From a virus: a stretch of 64,000 bases of DNA. This document shows, piece after piece, positions 1 to 9,774 of the stretch. Both the position numbers and the translations under genes were made by a program. Under the pieces are notes generated by a model. That model was not told the DNA's origin and did no database searches. It saw nothing but the letters and a program-made list of their open reading frames with translations. The stretch covers positions 96,001 through 160,000 of the IMG/VR virus record IMGVR_UViG_3300031951_000015, one strand, 5' to 3'. Positions within the stretch are counted from its first letter, which is position 1; each line of letters starts with the position of its first letter.

Positions 1-1277
1 TCAACATCAAAATGATGACATAGTTCTTTAATCATATATAGACCACTTGTTTCAGGGTCAAATTCTTTTGCATTTGATTGAGTGATTTTTGGAAAGTTGC
101 ATTCAATGATATCACCAGCTTTTAGATTTGTATTTGACGGTACAACAATATTAACAACCTGAGTAAACAATGTGTTATATCTCATGAGTGATTGTGATTG
201 ATAATCTATTGGATCTGCATTTAGATTTTTAGATACATCTTTTTCCATTGTTCCAACATCTAAAATTCCAGTGATAATTCTAGTTGGAATATCTCCAAGA
301 GTTTGACTTGAATTATTATCTAATCTTGGAAGATTAAATGATTTTCTTCCAAGATTACTTGTTTTTCGATCATAATTACTTTGTTTGAATACTTCTTTAC
401 CTGGAGATGTGATTGTTCCATTTAATGGATTAAAGAAAATTCTATAATTTGCATAAGTTCCTAAACGAAGTTTTTCAAGTAAATTTTGATTTTTATCAAC
501 ATAGTAATTCAAAATTTTAAAATCATTATTTACTTTTTTATCATTCTCATCATAAGATGTTTGAGATTCTGTATAAGTATAAGTTGCTTTTGGACTTTGT
601 TTCATTAGTTCATCAAGAGATCTAAATTGAAACCCATCTTGAGTTTGATAGAAGACAAAACCAGCAGTAGCACTTCCAGAACTTTCAGGAACTGCTTTTG
701 ATGCTAACCAAACTAAAACTGTAAATGGTTTTCTTAGATTGCCAATGAAACCATATTTGTTAGATGAAGGATTTATTGTTCCTAATTTATTTGTTTTTAA
801 TGTATCCCTTAAAATTGCCGATACAGAATCACTAATTCTTAAAGAAGTTGGAAATTTTTTAGAAACTCTTACTGTTTCATTCGTGATTGCTTCTCTTGAT
901 ACTAAATGCAAAGTAAATGTTTCTCTGTTTGTTTCAGATATTACATCAGTGATGCTTGAAACATAAAAATAGTCATCTGCTTTCTTAGAAAAATTTAATC
1001 CTGGATTTGTTGCTGAGTTGCCAGCGATATTTAAAGAAACCCTTTCTCCCCCACGAAGAGGAAGACCATTATAAATTGACTGCTTATCCCCACTTTTACC
1101 ATCTGCTGGTGTGATAACATTTCCATTATCAATGACTTTAAGTTTTGCAGTGATTGTTGGTGAAAAAATATCTTCATAATACTCAAATAAAATAGCACCA
1201 GTTATTAGATCAATCGTTCTTGATCCGTCATTTGATTCTAAAATAAGTTCATTGTATAAGGACTTTTTAATTGACAT
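1..1277 (-). CDS. baseplate hub / gp27-like tail protein (3' end runs off the window)
   Basis: Not in the ORF track. ATG at 1275-1277 overlaps the upstream stop (TAATG). Translation begins MSIKKSLYNELILESNDGSRTIDL...EYYEDIFSPTITAKL...GLPLRGGE, resembling cyanophage hub proteins. Confidence 0.6.
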   Translation of the reverse strand, partial: MSIKKSLYNELILESNDGSRTIDLITGAILFEYYEDIFSPTITAKLKVIDNGNVITPADGKSGDKQSIYNGLPLRGGERVSLNIAGNSATNPGLNFSKKADDYFYVSSITDVISETNRETFTLHLVSREAITNETVRVSKKFPTSLRISDSVSAILRDTLKTNKLGTINPSSNKYGFIGNLRKPFTVLVWLASKAVPESSGSATAGFVFYQTQDGFQFRSLDELMKQSPKATYTYTESQTSYDENDKKVNNDFKILNYYVDKNQNLLEKLRLGTYANYRIFFNPLNGTITSPGKEVFKQSNYDRKTSNLGRKSFNLPRLDNNSSQTLGDIPTRIITGILDVGTMEKDVSKNLNADPIDYQSQSLMRYNTLFTQVVNIVVPSNTNLKAGDIIECNFPKITQSNAKEFDPETSGLYMIKELCHHFDV

Positions 1278-3205
1278 TATAGATACGCCAGATCGAGCAA
1301 GAGTTTGTTCTTAATAAAATTATTTAACAGTTTAAATTCGGTGATTGTTGGAGTAACTGTAGGTTGTTGAGATGGGTATGATACTTGTGGTGCTTGTGCC
1401 TGTGGTTGTGTATCATCAATGAATATTATTTGTGATCCTTTTCTTTCGGGAGTCATTGCCGCTGGTTGTCCCATTCGTGAAGATGGGAAAGAAATTTGTG
1501 CGGGTGGAGTACTAGGTTGTGATGTTATTGCTCCAGGTTTAGCATATTTTAAAGGGTGTCTTTTTAACCAGGATCCTGGATCTTCAAAAGAAGTAAACTG
1601 CCCATTACTTTGTGGAGGATTATTTGAGATTTCCCAGTGTAAATGTGGTCCAGTTGATTCACCTGTGCTTCCAACATAACCCATCAAAGTTCCCTGATTA
1701 ATAACTTGTCCAACACTTACAGAAGGACGATTTCTCATATGACCAAAGAAATGATATGCACCATACATATCATCTTGCCAAACAACCCAGTTTCCGTAAC
1801 CAGCAGAAGATGCAGTTCCATCTATACCAATATGAGTTACTTTTCCAGGAAAATATGCATATAAAGGAGTTCCACTAGCAGCAGCAATATCATATCCTTT
1901 ATGTTGTTTTCCCCATCTCATTCCTTTTCCTGAGGTTATTGTTGCTCCAGAACCAGGTTTAAATGGACTATATGGAACACTTAAAGGTTTATTACCCATT
2001 GATGCACCACTTGTTCCAGTTACAGGTGTAAAACTTGTTGCTAAAGGAGTTTGTGGAGTAACCGATGGTTTTTGTGGTTGTCCTGATGAAGGTTTAAAGT
2101 TTTTAATAAATTGATTGTGTTTTCTTCTCCGTTCAGCATAAACTCCTTTAGATGGATTCTCCCATTGTATCATCCAGTCATCTGCCGCCTCTTCTGGAGT
2201 ATTAAACTGTTTTCTTAAATATAATGGAGTATTTGGATCATTCTTTATTGCAAAATCAACTTGTCCTTTCCAATTAGTTTTATAATCAGGAACTGCTTTT
2301 AAAAATGCGTTTTTTCTTGACGGAAAAGAATATTGAAATAATCCAACACCAGATTTTGTCCCACCTTTTTCAGTAACTCCAATTTGAAATCCACTTTCTC
2401 CTTGTATATTTGCCAAAATACCAAGTGCATGAATATGGGGCACTCCCAACTGTCTTAAATATGAATAAACTGCCTGAGGACTTACTGTTCCACTACTAGC
2501 AGTATCTTCTTCAGGAAACATAGTATCAGGTCTTTCTTCATCAAGAGCAGGTGCTTGTTCTCCGGTTTCTACAGATTCATTAAGTGGTGTGGTAAAAAGT
2601 CTGAATGTTTCTGTAATTTCATCACCTAAACCTTGAACTGCAAGATTAAGTTCATCAAAAGATTGTGCAACACTTCCCTCACTAAACGAATTAAAATCAA
2701 GTGTAATAATTGCATTGAATGAATTCTCTAAAACAGATCCAAATGATTTGATAATATTTTGCATATTACCGACCATATTATACATCGTTCTACCAAATAT
2801 CTGAATTCTAGTTACAAACTCTTGACCCATAAAAATCCAAGTCGGTAGATTTTCTACAATCCATCCAGCAGTTATAAATCCTAAAAATCCAACCAATCTC
2901 CCTAAAGGTCCCTTATCACTTCTCCCTGCAAAGGCAAGTCCTCTTGAAGGAGATGTTGATACTCTAGAAGATTCTAACTGATCCTCAATTTCTTGTCTTT
3001 TTGCTGCTTCTCTTCTTCTAGATTCAATAAGTTGAGTATTTGCAAATAATTCTCTTTTAACTCTAGTATTTGTCGCAATAATTTTAGAGATATTACTAAC
3101 AGAATCATTAACAGAAGAAACACTTCTCTTTGTTTCAAACAAAGATTTAGAAATATTGGTAATATTAATTGATGATGTTCTAAGTGAATCTGATATTGAT
3201 GCCAT
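1277..3205 (-). CDS. virion-associated muralytic protein: phage tail lysozyme domain plus M23 peptidase
   Basis: ALGILANIQGESGF..GVGLFQ..WENP (tail lysozyme-like); HKGYDIA and HLHWE (M23 HxxxD and HxH zinc motifs). Confidence 0.8.
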   Translation of the reverse strand: MASISDSLRTSSINITNISKSLFETKRSVSSVNDSVSNISKIIATNTRVKRELFANTQLIESRRREAAKRQEIEDQLESSRVSTSPSRGLAFAGRSDKGPLGRLVGFLGFITAGWIVENLPTWIFMGQEFVTRIQIFGRTMYNMVGNMQNIIKSFGSVLENSFNAIITLDFNSFSEGSVAQSFDELNLAVQGLGDEITETFRLFTTPLNESVETGEQAPALDEERPDTMFPEEDTASSGTVSPQAVYSYLRQLGVPHIHALGILANIQGESGFQIGVTEKGGTKSGVGLFQYSFPSRKNAFLKAVPDYKTNWKGQVDFAIKNDPNTPLYLRKQFNTPEEAADDWMIQWENPSKGVYAERRRKHNQFIKNFKPSSGQPQKPSVTPQTPLATSFTPVTGTSGASMGNKPLSVPYSPFKPGSGATITSGKGMRWGKQHKGYDIAAASGTPLYAYFPGKVTHIGIDGTASSAGYGNWVVWQDDMYGAYHFFGHMRNRPSVSVGQVINQGTLMGYVGSTGESTGPHLHWEISNNPPQSNGQFTSFEDPGSWLKRHPLKYAKPGAITSQPSTPPAQISFPSSRMGQPAAMTPERKGSQIIFIDDTQPQAQAPQVSYPSQQPTVTPTITEFKLLNNFIKNKLLLDLAYL

Positions 3206-3206
3206 C

Positions 3207-4823
3207 TTATGTTACCACATTATAATTTAACTGAGAATATAAAACATAAAAATTATCAGGATTTGCAGAGTTAATCAAAGGAACATCAGATAATGCTCCA
3301 CTTGTCAATGGAACATTTGCTTGTTGATTAGCATTATTTGATGATTTAATCATTGTTATTGATGGTTGTGGTTCTGGCAACTGACCAACCTGTGTTGGTG
3401 GTTTTGCAGGTGGTGTAACTTCTGCTGGAGATGCTACAACAGCATCTGGCAATCTCATTTCGGACCAATTGTATCCTTTAGATGCTGCCCAAGATTTTGC
3501 TTGTTGCTTTTCTTCTGGAGTCATTTTACTCCATGCATCTTCAATTCTCCCTCTTGCAAAGGGATTATTTCTATATTGCCATGCCTGTTCAAATTTTGAA
3601 ACCATTTCTGGACTTGGAGCAGATGGCATCATGGTAGTTTGTGGTTGCACTGCAGCAGGAGCAGGTGCTGGTGCGGCCGCAGGTGCAGGTTCTGCTGCTG
3701 GTTTTGGAGATTCTTTTGGTTTTTCTTCTGCTGCTGGTTTTAGAGATTCTTTAGGTTTTTCTTCTGTTAAAATTCTAGTATTTGTTTCAGTTTTTCCAAA
3801 AAACTTATCATAAATTTCTTTTCCAAACTTTTGACCTGGACCATATGCAAGAGCACCAGAAATAAGTCCTGTTCCTGGAATAGGTATTAAAGATCCTAAA
3901 CCAAAAGCGGCAGCAGAAGTAATCATACCGCTCGTGGCACCTGCAACTGCTCTGGCAGGATTTTCTCCTCCAGCAATGTCAAGTCCTGTCATCAATGCAC
4001 CAATTGCAATATTACTTCTTACATTAAGACCACTACCAGGTTTTGGTCCAGCAGGTTTTGGTCCAGCAGGCTTTGGACCGCCAATACGAGGGAGTAATGC
4101 TGCTGCAATTGCTAAAGGTTTTGCAATTAATAATCTTGTTAATCCAAAAGCAATTCTACCAATTGTATTTTTAACAATCGAAAATCCTGCACGAATTGCT
4201 AGTAAACCACCACCAATGATTGCAAGATTTTTAATAATATTAAATTTAATATTATTAAAGAGACTTGTATTCTTATCTTCAGATGCTTGTATTGCTTGGA
4301 CAACTTGATTTGTTAACCAACCACCAAATAAAATTCCAAGTGCAGCACCAATTCTACCAAAGACATCATCTACCTTTGGAGTTAATTTCTGAACTGGAGT
4401 AACAAGAGCATTTTGTATCTTTTGCTCTAATTCATTCTCTTTACCAATTCTAACTTGTTGTTCTGCTAATCTTCTTTCTTTCTCTTGTTCTGCTCTTGTT
4501 CTAGATATTTCTTCAGCATTATCTTGTTGGAGAAGTGTTGCAATGCTTGCAAGACCTGTTCCTAACTTACCAATATCAGATCTTAATGCTTGAATATTAG
4601 AATTAAATCCTAAGAGTGCTTGCTCTTGAGACTGAATCACTCTAACATTCTGGTTATCAATTTCTCTTTTTCTATTTTCAGATTCTATTAATTGATTTCT
4701 GAAAACAGATTGATCAATTATTGATTTCTTTAAAAGTGCATTTCTAACTTCTTGAGACAGAGGAGATCCCGTGCCTGGATCTATTCCAGATCTACCAACT
4801 TTTTCGGGATCTAACTCAGCCAT
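3207..4823 (-). CDS. tape-measure-like / ejected virion protein
   Basis: Coiled-coil N-terminus, Gly/Ala hydrophobic helices, Pro-rich tail; lies directly downstream of gp26/gp51. Confidence 0.5.
   Translation of the reverse strand: MAELDPEKVGRSGIDPGTGSPLSQEVRNALLKKSIIDQSVFRNQLIESENRKREIDNQNVRVIQSQEQALLGFNSNIQALRSDIGKLGTGLASIATLLQQDNAEEISRTRAEQEKERRLAEQQVRIGKENELEQKIQNALVTPVQKLTPKVDDVFGRIGAALGILFGGWLTNQVVQAIQASEDKNTSLFNNIKFNIIKNLAIIGGGLLAIRAGFSIVKNTIGRIAFGLTRLLIAKPLAIAAALLPRIGGPKPAGPKPAGPKPGSGLNVRSNIAIGALMTGLDIAGGENPARAVAGATSGMITSAAAFGLGSLIPIPGTGLISGALAYGPGQKFGKEIYDKFFGKTETNTRILTEEKPKESLKPAAEEKPKESPKPAAEPAPAAAPAPAPAAVQPQTTMMPSAPSPEMVSKFEQAWQYRNNPFARGRIEDAWSKMTPEEKQQAKSWAASKGYNWSEMRLPDAVVASPAEVTPPAKPPTQVGQLPEPQPSITMIKSSNNANQQANVPLTSGALSDVPLINSANPDNFYVLYSQLNYNVVT
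3690..3765. repeat. 36-bp tandem duplication (EEKPKESxKPAA)
   Basis: ttctgctgctggttttXgagattcttt.ggtttttc occurs twice in tandem. Confidence 0.7.
4039..4079. repeat. 15-bp tandem repeat (GPKPA)
   Basis: ggttttggtccagca twice, plus a degenerate third copy. Confidence 0.75.
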
Positions 4824-4989
4824 TTGTGTTGTTCTTTAAGTTTTCTTCTTCAATATATTGTTTGAGAAGAGCAATATAAACTTCCCTTTCCCAAGGTATA
4901 AGATTTTCTATTTCTGTCAATGAATATTTATGGTGTTGAACAAGAGAAAAGTTAGTTTTATAATATGACTCAAGATTTTCATGAGCCAT
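4816..4989 (-). CDS. gp51: gp51-like baseplate hub assembly chaperone (possibly the frameshifted extension of gp26)
   Basis: 57 aa, below the track cutoff: MAHENLESYYKTNFSLVQHHKYSLTEIENLIPWEREVYIALLKQYIEEE. Confidence 0.8.
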   Translation of the reverse strand: MAHENLESYYKTNFSLVQHHKYSLTEIENLIPWEREVYIALLKQYIEEENLKNNTNG

Positions 4990-4991
4990 TC

Positions 4992-5711
4992 CTAAGCGAA
5001 AAAACTTGATAACCCTTCCAGTAATACTTCACTCTCAACTCCAGTATTTGGATTCTTGACTTTAAGTGTATGAGAAAGTTTAGGCATCGTTGCAAAAAAC
5101 TTTTCAACTTCTTTGAATTGCTTTGAACTTAACTGATCAATAAATTCAGAAAGTTCTTTTGCTGTGCAATCAGATGCTGACCAAGATTCTTCTTCATTAT
5201 AAACTTGTTCCACACAAGACATAATCAAATCAAAAGTATCATCAACACTCATGTTAAAGTCATTTCCAAAGTTTGTTTTGATAAACTCTTTCATTGATGG
5301 ATACTTCATTCTAAGAGTTAGATTAGAATCTAATTTAATATCTCTAGAATGTTCTTCATTTACACTAATTTTAATATCATCAAGATTAATGCTGATTGGA
5401 ACTTGTGTTTGACCATCATCAGGACAAGTAATTAAAACATCAACATTTTCACCAACAGACTTTCCACGAATATTAAGAAACAAATATTCAATATCAAAGG
5501 TTGCAAGTTGATCAACCTTAATTCCTTTTGTTAAAATACAATTGCTAATGACATTTTTAACAGCATCAGCAATTTGTTTTGAGTCTTCACTCTCCATTGC
5601 AATAATCAAGATCTTTTCTTCTTTTACAAGAAAAGGGCGATATTTGATTTCTTTTTTAAGAGATGGAATTTCTAAACTATAAGACGGAGTTACAACAGTG
5701 GGTAATGGCAT
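4992..5711 (-). CDS. gp26: gp26-like baseplate hub subunit/chaperone
   Basis: MPLP..IKYRPFLVKEEKILIIA..FDIEYLFLNIRGKSVGE..CPDD. Confidence 0.85.
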   Translation of the reverse strand: MPLPTVVTPSYSLEIPSLKKEIKYRPFLVKEEKILIIAMESEDSKQIADAVKNVISNCILTKGIKVDQLATFDIEYLFLNIRGKSVGENVDVLITCPDDGQTQVPISINLDDIKISVNEEHSRDIKLDSNLTLRMKYPSMKEFIKTNFGNDFNMSVDDTFDLIMSCVEQVYNEEESWSASDCTAKELSEFIDQLSSKQFKEVEKFFATMPKLSHTLKVKNPNTGVESEVLLEGLSSFFA

Positions 5712-5738
5712 ATTCACCTACAAATCAGATAAAATTAT

Positions 5739-6557
5739 TTATCTATACTTTTGCAGATCCGTCCCGTAAAGAGACTCATATAAAGTTTGACCAGCAGGTA
5801 ACAATTCTACACCATTTGAAGGAATAGATCCAGGAGATCTTGGAACTAATCTTGGTTTTGGATCTCTTTGTGGTTGTTGTGGAGGTTGCCCGACTTCGTT
5901 ATTATTATCAATATTCTCAAAAATATCTTTACTATAAGATTTACCAACTACATAACGCTCAATTTTAAATGTTGCTTGCATAGACATCACGTTTGATTGT
6001 GAGTATGAAACTGGAATTGATGCAATATTATAAGGATACAAACCGATAAAAGTATATTCCAATTCTCTCTTATAATCACGATCAAATTTAATAATACGAG
6101 TGCGATTTGATTTGTAATATTCCGGATACTGCATTCTAGTAAAATATCCTTGATCAACATTATTATTGATTGGATTTAATTGACTATCAATTGGATTAGT
6201 AGATCCACTTGCGATGAATTCCATCCAATGTTCAAGAAACTTCAAGGTTTTATAATTTTTATCGACATAAAATTCTAGACTAATATCTTGATAGACTCTA
6301 CGATGAGCAAAATTTTCTGTGATTCCAATATAGTTTCCAGAAACTTCTGCTACTGAAAGTTGTGTTGTTGGAAGAGCAGCATTATTACATAAAAGTCCAA
6401 CATCTTCTGCAATGAATCGACGATCAATTCCTTTTCTACTTAGATAAGATAATAATTGTGGAGGAAGACCACCAAACTTTACTTCATAATGAGAAGTTTG
6501 AGCAAGGTTAGTGAATAATGGTTTTATATCCGATATTCTACGGGGTCTAACTGCCAC
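5739..6557 (-). CDS. tail tube-like protein (gp54/gp19 fold)
   Basis: LCNNAALP..FAHRRVYQDISLEFYVD..FLEHWM..YTFIGLYP; GTG start. Confidence 0.7.
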   Translation of the reverse strand: MAVRPRRISDIKPLFTNLAQTSHYEVKFGGLPPQLLSYLSRKGIDRRFIAEDVGLLCNNAALPTTQLSVAEVSGNYIGITENFAHRRVYQDISLEFYVDKNYKTLKFLEHWMEFIASGSTNPIDSQLNPINNNVDQGYFTRMQYPEYYKSNRTRIIKFDRDYKRELEYTFIGLYPYNIASIPVSYSQSNVMSMQATFKIERYVVGKSYSKDIFENIDNNNEVGQPPQQPQRDPKPRLVPRSPGSIPSNGVELLPAGQTLYESLYGTDLQKYR

Positions 6558-6559
6558 TC

Positions 6560-6596
6560 TAAATACCTTATATGAGTCTTATAGTATAAGTATTTA
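6560..6596. promoter_or_regulatory. two opposed T4-type late promoters
   Basis: TAAATA on + (6560-6565) and on - (6591-6596) between the divergent genes. Confidence 0.6.
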
Positions 6597-6597
6597 G

Positions 6598-7035
6598 ATG
6601 TCATACAAAGGAAAATATAAACCATCATTTCCAGATAAGTATCGTGGAGATGTTACAAATATCATATATCGTTCTTTATGGGAAAGAAAATTTTGCACTT
6701 ATTGCGATCTAAATGAAAATATAATTGAATGGCAATCTGAAGAAAAAGCGATTCCCTACCGTTCTCCAGTGGACGGGAAGATACATCGTTACTTTCCAGA
6801 TTTTCTTATTAAAGTCAAAGAATCGAATGGGTCAATCAAAAAATATATGATTGAGATTAAACCATCAAAGCAAACGGTTCCTCCTATCAAACCTCAAAGA
6901 CAAACGAAGAGATATATCAGTGAGGTTTATGAGTATGCTAAAAATCAATCAAAGTGGGAAGCAGCAAAAGAATGGTGTGCTGATCGTGGATATGAGTTCA
7001 AAATCATCACAGAACACGAACTAGGTATCAAGTAA
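6598..7035 (+). CDS. gp4: head completion nuclease (T4 gp4-like, TnsA fold)
   Basis: YRSLWERKF..HRYFPDF..IEIKP..NQSKWEAA. Confidence 0.9.
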   Translation: MSYKGKYKPSFPDKYRGDVTNIIYRSLWERKFCTYCDLNENIIEWQSEEKAIPYRSPVDGKIHRYFPDFLIKVKESNGSIKKYMIEIKPSKQTVPPIKPQRQTKRYISEVYEYAKNQSKWEAAKEWCADRGYEFKIITEHELGIK

Positions 7036-7631
7036 TGGCACTCACAGGATACGAAAAACCATTAGATCAATATAACCAAAAAGAATTAGTAGAAATTGCT
7101 AAAGAATATAATCCTTATTATCAGACAGCAAGTGGAAAGGGAAAACTTGCAGGATATGAAAGATTAACTAAGCAACAACTGATTAATATTATTAAAGTTG
7201 ATATTGATTATATTGAAGCAAATCCAAAACTTCCTAGAAGAGTTAAAGGTCCCACTTATAGTAAAAGTAAATCAAAAAGTCTTACTGAGTTAAAAGAATC
7301 TTTATTAGGAGTAGAAACCCCCGATGAGCTCATGAATGAAATATTATCCAGACTTAGTGGAAGTGAAACACCTCTTCCACCTGCTCCTGGAAGATATTAT
7401 ACTTATGTTTATTATGCTAAAACTCCAAGAATTCTTTATGATCGATACCCATTAATTATTGTTGATAGTTTATTACCAAAAGGATTTAGAGGTTTTAATT
7501 TTCATCTTGGAAAATATAGACAATACAATACTCAAGATGGAGATCGATTAGTTAGCGGATTATATGAATTGAGCAGAGATGAATTTTCAATTTTACTAAG
7601 AATTCCCTACGGAAAAATAATTCAAAACTAA
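7035..7631 (+). CDS. DNA end protector gp2-like protein with N-terminal extension
   Basis: GRYYTYVYYAKT..YDRYPLI..GFRGFNFH. Confidence 0.65.
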   Translation: MALTGYEKPLDQYNQKELVEIAKEYNPYYQTASGKGKLAGYERLTKQQLINIIKVDIDYIEANPKLPRRVKGPTYSKSKSKSLTELKESLLGVETPDELMNEILSRLSGSETPLPPAPGRYYTYVYYAKTPRILYDRYPLIIVDSLLPKGFRGFNFHLGKYRQYNTQDGDRLVSGLYELSRDEFSILLRIPYGKIIQN

Positions 7632-7654
7632 CAATAAATAGTTAGAAAAAATAA

Positions 7655-8548
7655 ATGGCAGATTACTTCCGATATCCGATTAAAAATATTGGAAATCAAG
7701 ACGACTATTTTAAGATTCAGGTGATTGAATATAAAGCACCTGGTCTTAATTTAACGGGTGGTTTTGCATTAAGAACAACAGAAGAAGCATTAAATCAATC
7801 TGGAAATATCAAAAATTCTCTGGCAACAATTATACTTCCAATGCCAGCAAATATTCAAGACAATAATGCTGCAGATTGGACATCTGGAACTATGAATCCA
7901 GTTCAAGCAACTCTTGCTGCAGGTGGAAATAGTGCTATATTAAGTTCCAATCTTGTAGGATCGGTTGGGGAATCAATTACAAAAGCATTTGGAAATATTA
8001 CTGAAGCCATAAAATCTGGAGAAGGTCAAAAAGCAACTGCAGCAGGTGCAGCAGGTGCAGCAATGGCGGCAGCATTAGGTCAAGGAGATATTAATTCAAT
8101 TATTTCCAGAGCAACTGGACAAATTTTTAATCAAAACGTTGAACTACTATTTAATGGTGTAACTCTTCGCCCAGCATATCAATTTTCTTTTGATATGGTC
8201 CCAAGATCTCAAAAAGAGTCTGAAATGATTAAAAATATTATTAGAATATTCAAAAAGAATATGACTCCTCGAAAAGGGACACCAGACCAAAATGGTGGTG
8301 GTTTATTTGTTAAAGCACCAAATGTATTTAAGTTAGAATATATGAGTGGTGGAAAGCAGCATCCATTCTTACATCGTTTTAAACCATGTGCTTTAACACA
8401 AATAAGTATTAATTATAATGGTTCTTCACAATATGCAACATATGCTGATGCAACTCCTGTTCATATGCAAATGACGTTACAATTCCAAGAACTGTCTCCA
8501 ATTTACAATGAAGATTACAAAGAAACCGATATTGGAGTTGGTTACTAA
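7655..8548 (+). CDS. gp48: baseplate tail tube cap gp48
   Basis: ILPMP..NQNVELLFNG..FSFDMVPRS..KPCALT..LQFQEL. Confidence 0.85.
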   Translation: MADYFRYPIKNIGNQDDYFKIQVIEYKAPGLNLTGGFALRTTEEALNQSGNIKNSLATIILPMPANIQDNNAADWTSGTMNPVQATLAAGGNSAILSSNLVGSVGESITKAFGNITEAIKSGEGQKATAAGAAGAAMAAALGQGDINSIISRATGQIFNQNVELLFNGVTLRPAYQFSFDMVPRSQKESEMIKNIIRIFKKNMTPRKGTPDQNGGGLFVKAPNVFKLEYMSGGKQHPFLHRFKPCALTQISINYNGSSQYATYADATPVHMQMTLQFQELSPIYNEDYKETDIGVGY

Positions 8549-9198
8549 TGTCTTATTTTAGAACACTACCAAACTTAGAATATCAATCATTCTTATCAGA
8601 TAAGACTTCTGTTGATGAGTATTTAACTGTAAAAAACTTATTCCGTAGAGTCAAACTTCGTGATGACTTACAAAATGTTTTTACAGTTTTTGACAAATAT
8701 CAAATCATTGATGGTGCTCGACCAGATACTATTGCGGAAGAACTTTATGGTAGTTCGCAATATGATTGGGTTATTTTAATTACTGCAGGAATTACTAGAG
8801 TTAGAGATCAATGGCCGCTGTCTGATGCACAAGTTTATGATTATGCAGAGTCAATTTATGGTGCAGATTTAAATTCAATTCATCATTATGAAACAACGGA
8901 AGTCAAAGATTCTGAAGATCGTTTAATTCTTCCAGCAGGTAAAGTTGTTGATGTTGACTTTACAATTCCAAAACCAGGAGATCCAACTGCATCTTTAAAT
9001 CCAGTTGTTGGTATTTCAAACTATGAGTATGAAGTTCTAAAAAACAATGACAAAAGAACCATTTATGTTCTCAAACCAGTTTATTTGCAACAAGTTTTAA
9101 ATGATGTAAGAAAGGAGATGACTTATGATCAATCATCTCAGTATGTTAATGATAAAGTAATTAGAACTGAGAACACAAGAGCGTCAAGTCCACAATAA
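8548..9198 (+). CDS. gp53: baseplate wedge gp53
   Basis: MSYFR..KNLFRR..RPDTIAEELYG..DWVIL..HHYET. Confidence 0.85.
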   Translation: MSYFRTLPNLEYQSFLSDKTSVDEYLTVKNLFRRVKLRDDLQNVFTVFDKYQIIDGARPDTIAEELYGSSQYDWVILITAGITRVRDQWPLSDAQVYDYAESIYGADLNSIHHYETTEVKDSEDRLILPAGKVVDVDFTIPKPGDPTASLNPVVGISNYEYEVLKNNDKRTIYVLKPVYLQQVLNDVRKEMTYDQSSQYVNDKVIRTENTRASSPQ

Positions 9199-9774
9199 TT
9201 TTAATTTCTTATCAAAAACCATCACATATCGGTGTTTGCGGGAGCGTTCTTTCCATTCTCCTGCAGCACCTTTAACTTTGCCTCTAGAGTGTTTAGTTCC
9301 GTCTGCATAATAGAAATCTTTCTTTGGATCTGAAAGTCCGCAATATTTAAAATTACAAGCGCGATAGATTGTACCATTGTGGAAATCACTATCAGCGTAA
9401 GAGATGATTGCTTTAACTTCAGTATCCTTCCGTAACTGTCTAATCGATCTTGAAACAAACCAAGAAGTGATATTATGCTCGGTTCCTTGTGTTTCGGGGT
9501 GTATGCAAAGACGGGAAAGTTCAAAGAGTCCTTCTTGTTCATTCCGTTCTAATCCAAATGCTCCTTTTGCAATTTCAGGTACAGGAAGTCCAGTAAAGAT
9601 ACAGACTCCCTGAATACCACCAATATTCAACGGGCAAAAGTCATTGCCCTTATAAAGACCGTAGTTGTAACCTGACTTAAAGGATTTGGAAAAGTCCTTA
9701 AGATAATGAAACCGCAGAAGTAACTCTGCGGCTTCGGATTTACTTACACGGTCAATGTAGTAATCTGTTTTCAA
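9184..9774 (-). CDS. Mom-like GNAT DNA-modification protein
   Basis: FHYL..ELSRL..SWFVSRS..ISYAD..HNGTIYRACNF. Confidence 0.75.
   Translation of the reverse strand: MKTDYYIDRVSKSEAAELLLRFHYLKDFSKSFKSGYNYGLYKGNDFCPLNIGGIQGVCIFTGLPVPEIAKGAFGLERNEQEGLFELSRLCIHPETQGTEHNITSWFVSRSIRQLRKDTEVKAIISYADSDFHNGTIYRACNFKYCGLSDPKKDFYYADGTKHSRGKVKGAAGEWKERSRKHRYVMVFDKKLKLLWT

Noticed and set aside
739-966. 75-aa plus-strand ORF
   Set aside because: Antisense to the hub gene that runs off the window.
4992-4994. TAG read-through or alternative genetic code at the end of gp26
   Set aside because: gp51 is in a different frame, and genes throughout the window are full length in the standard code.
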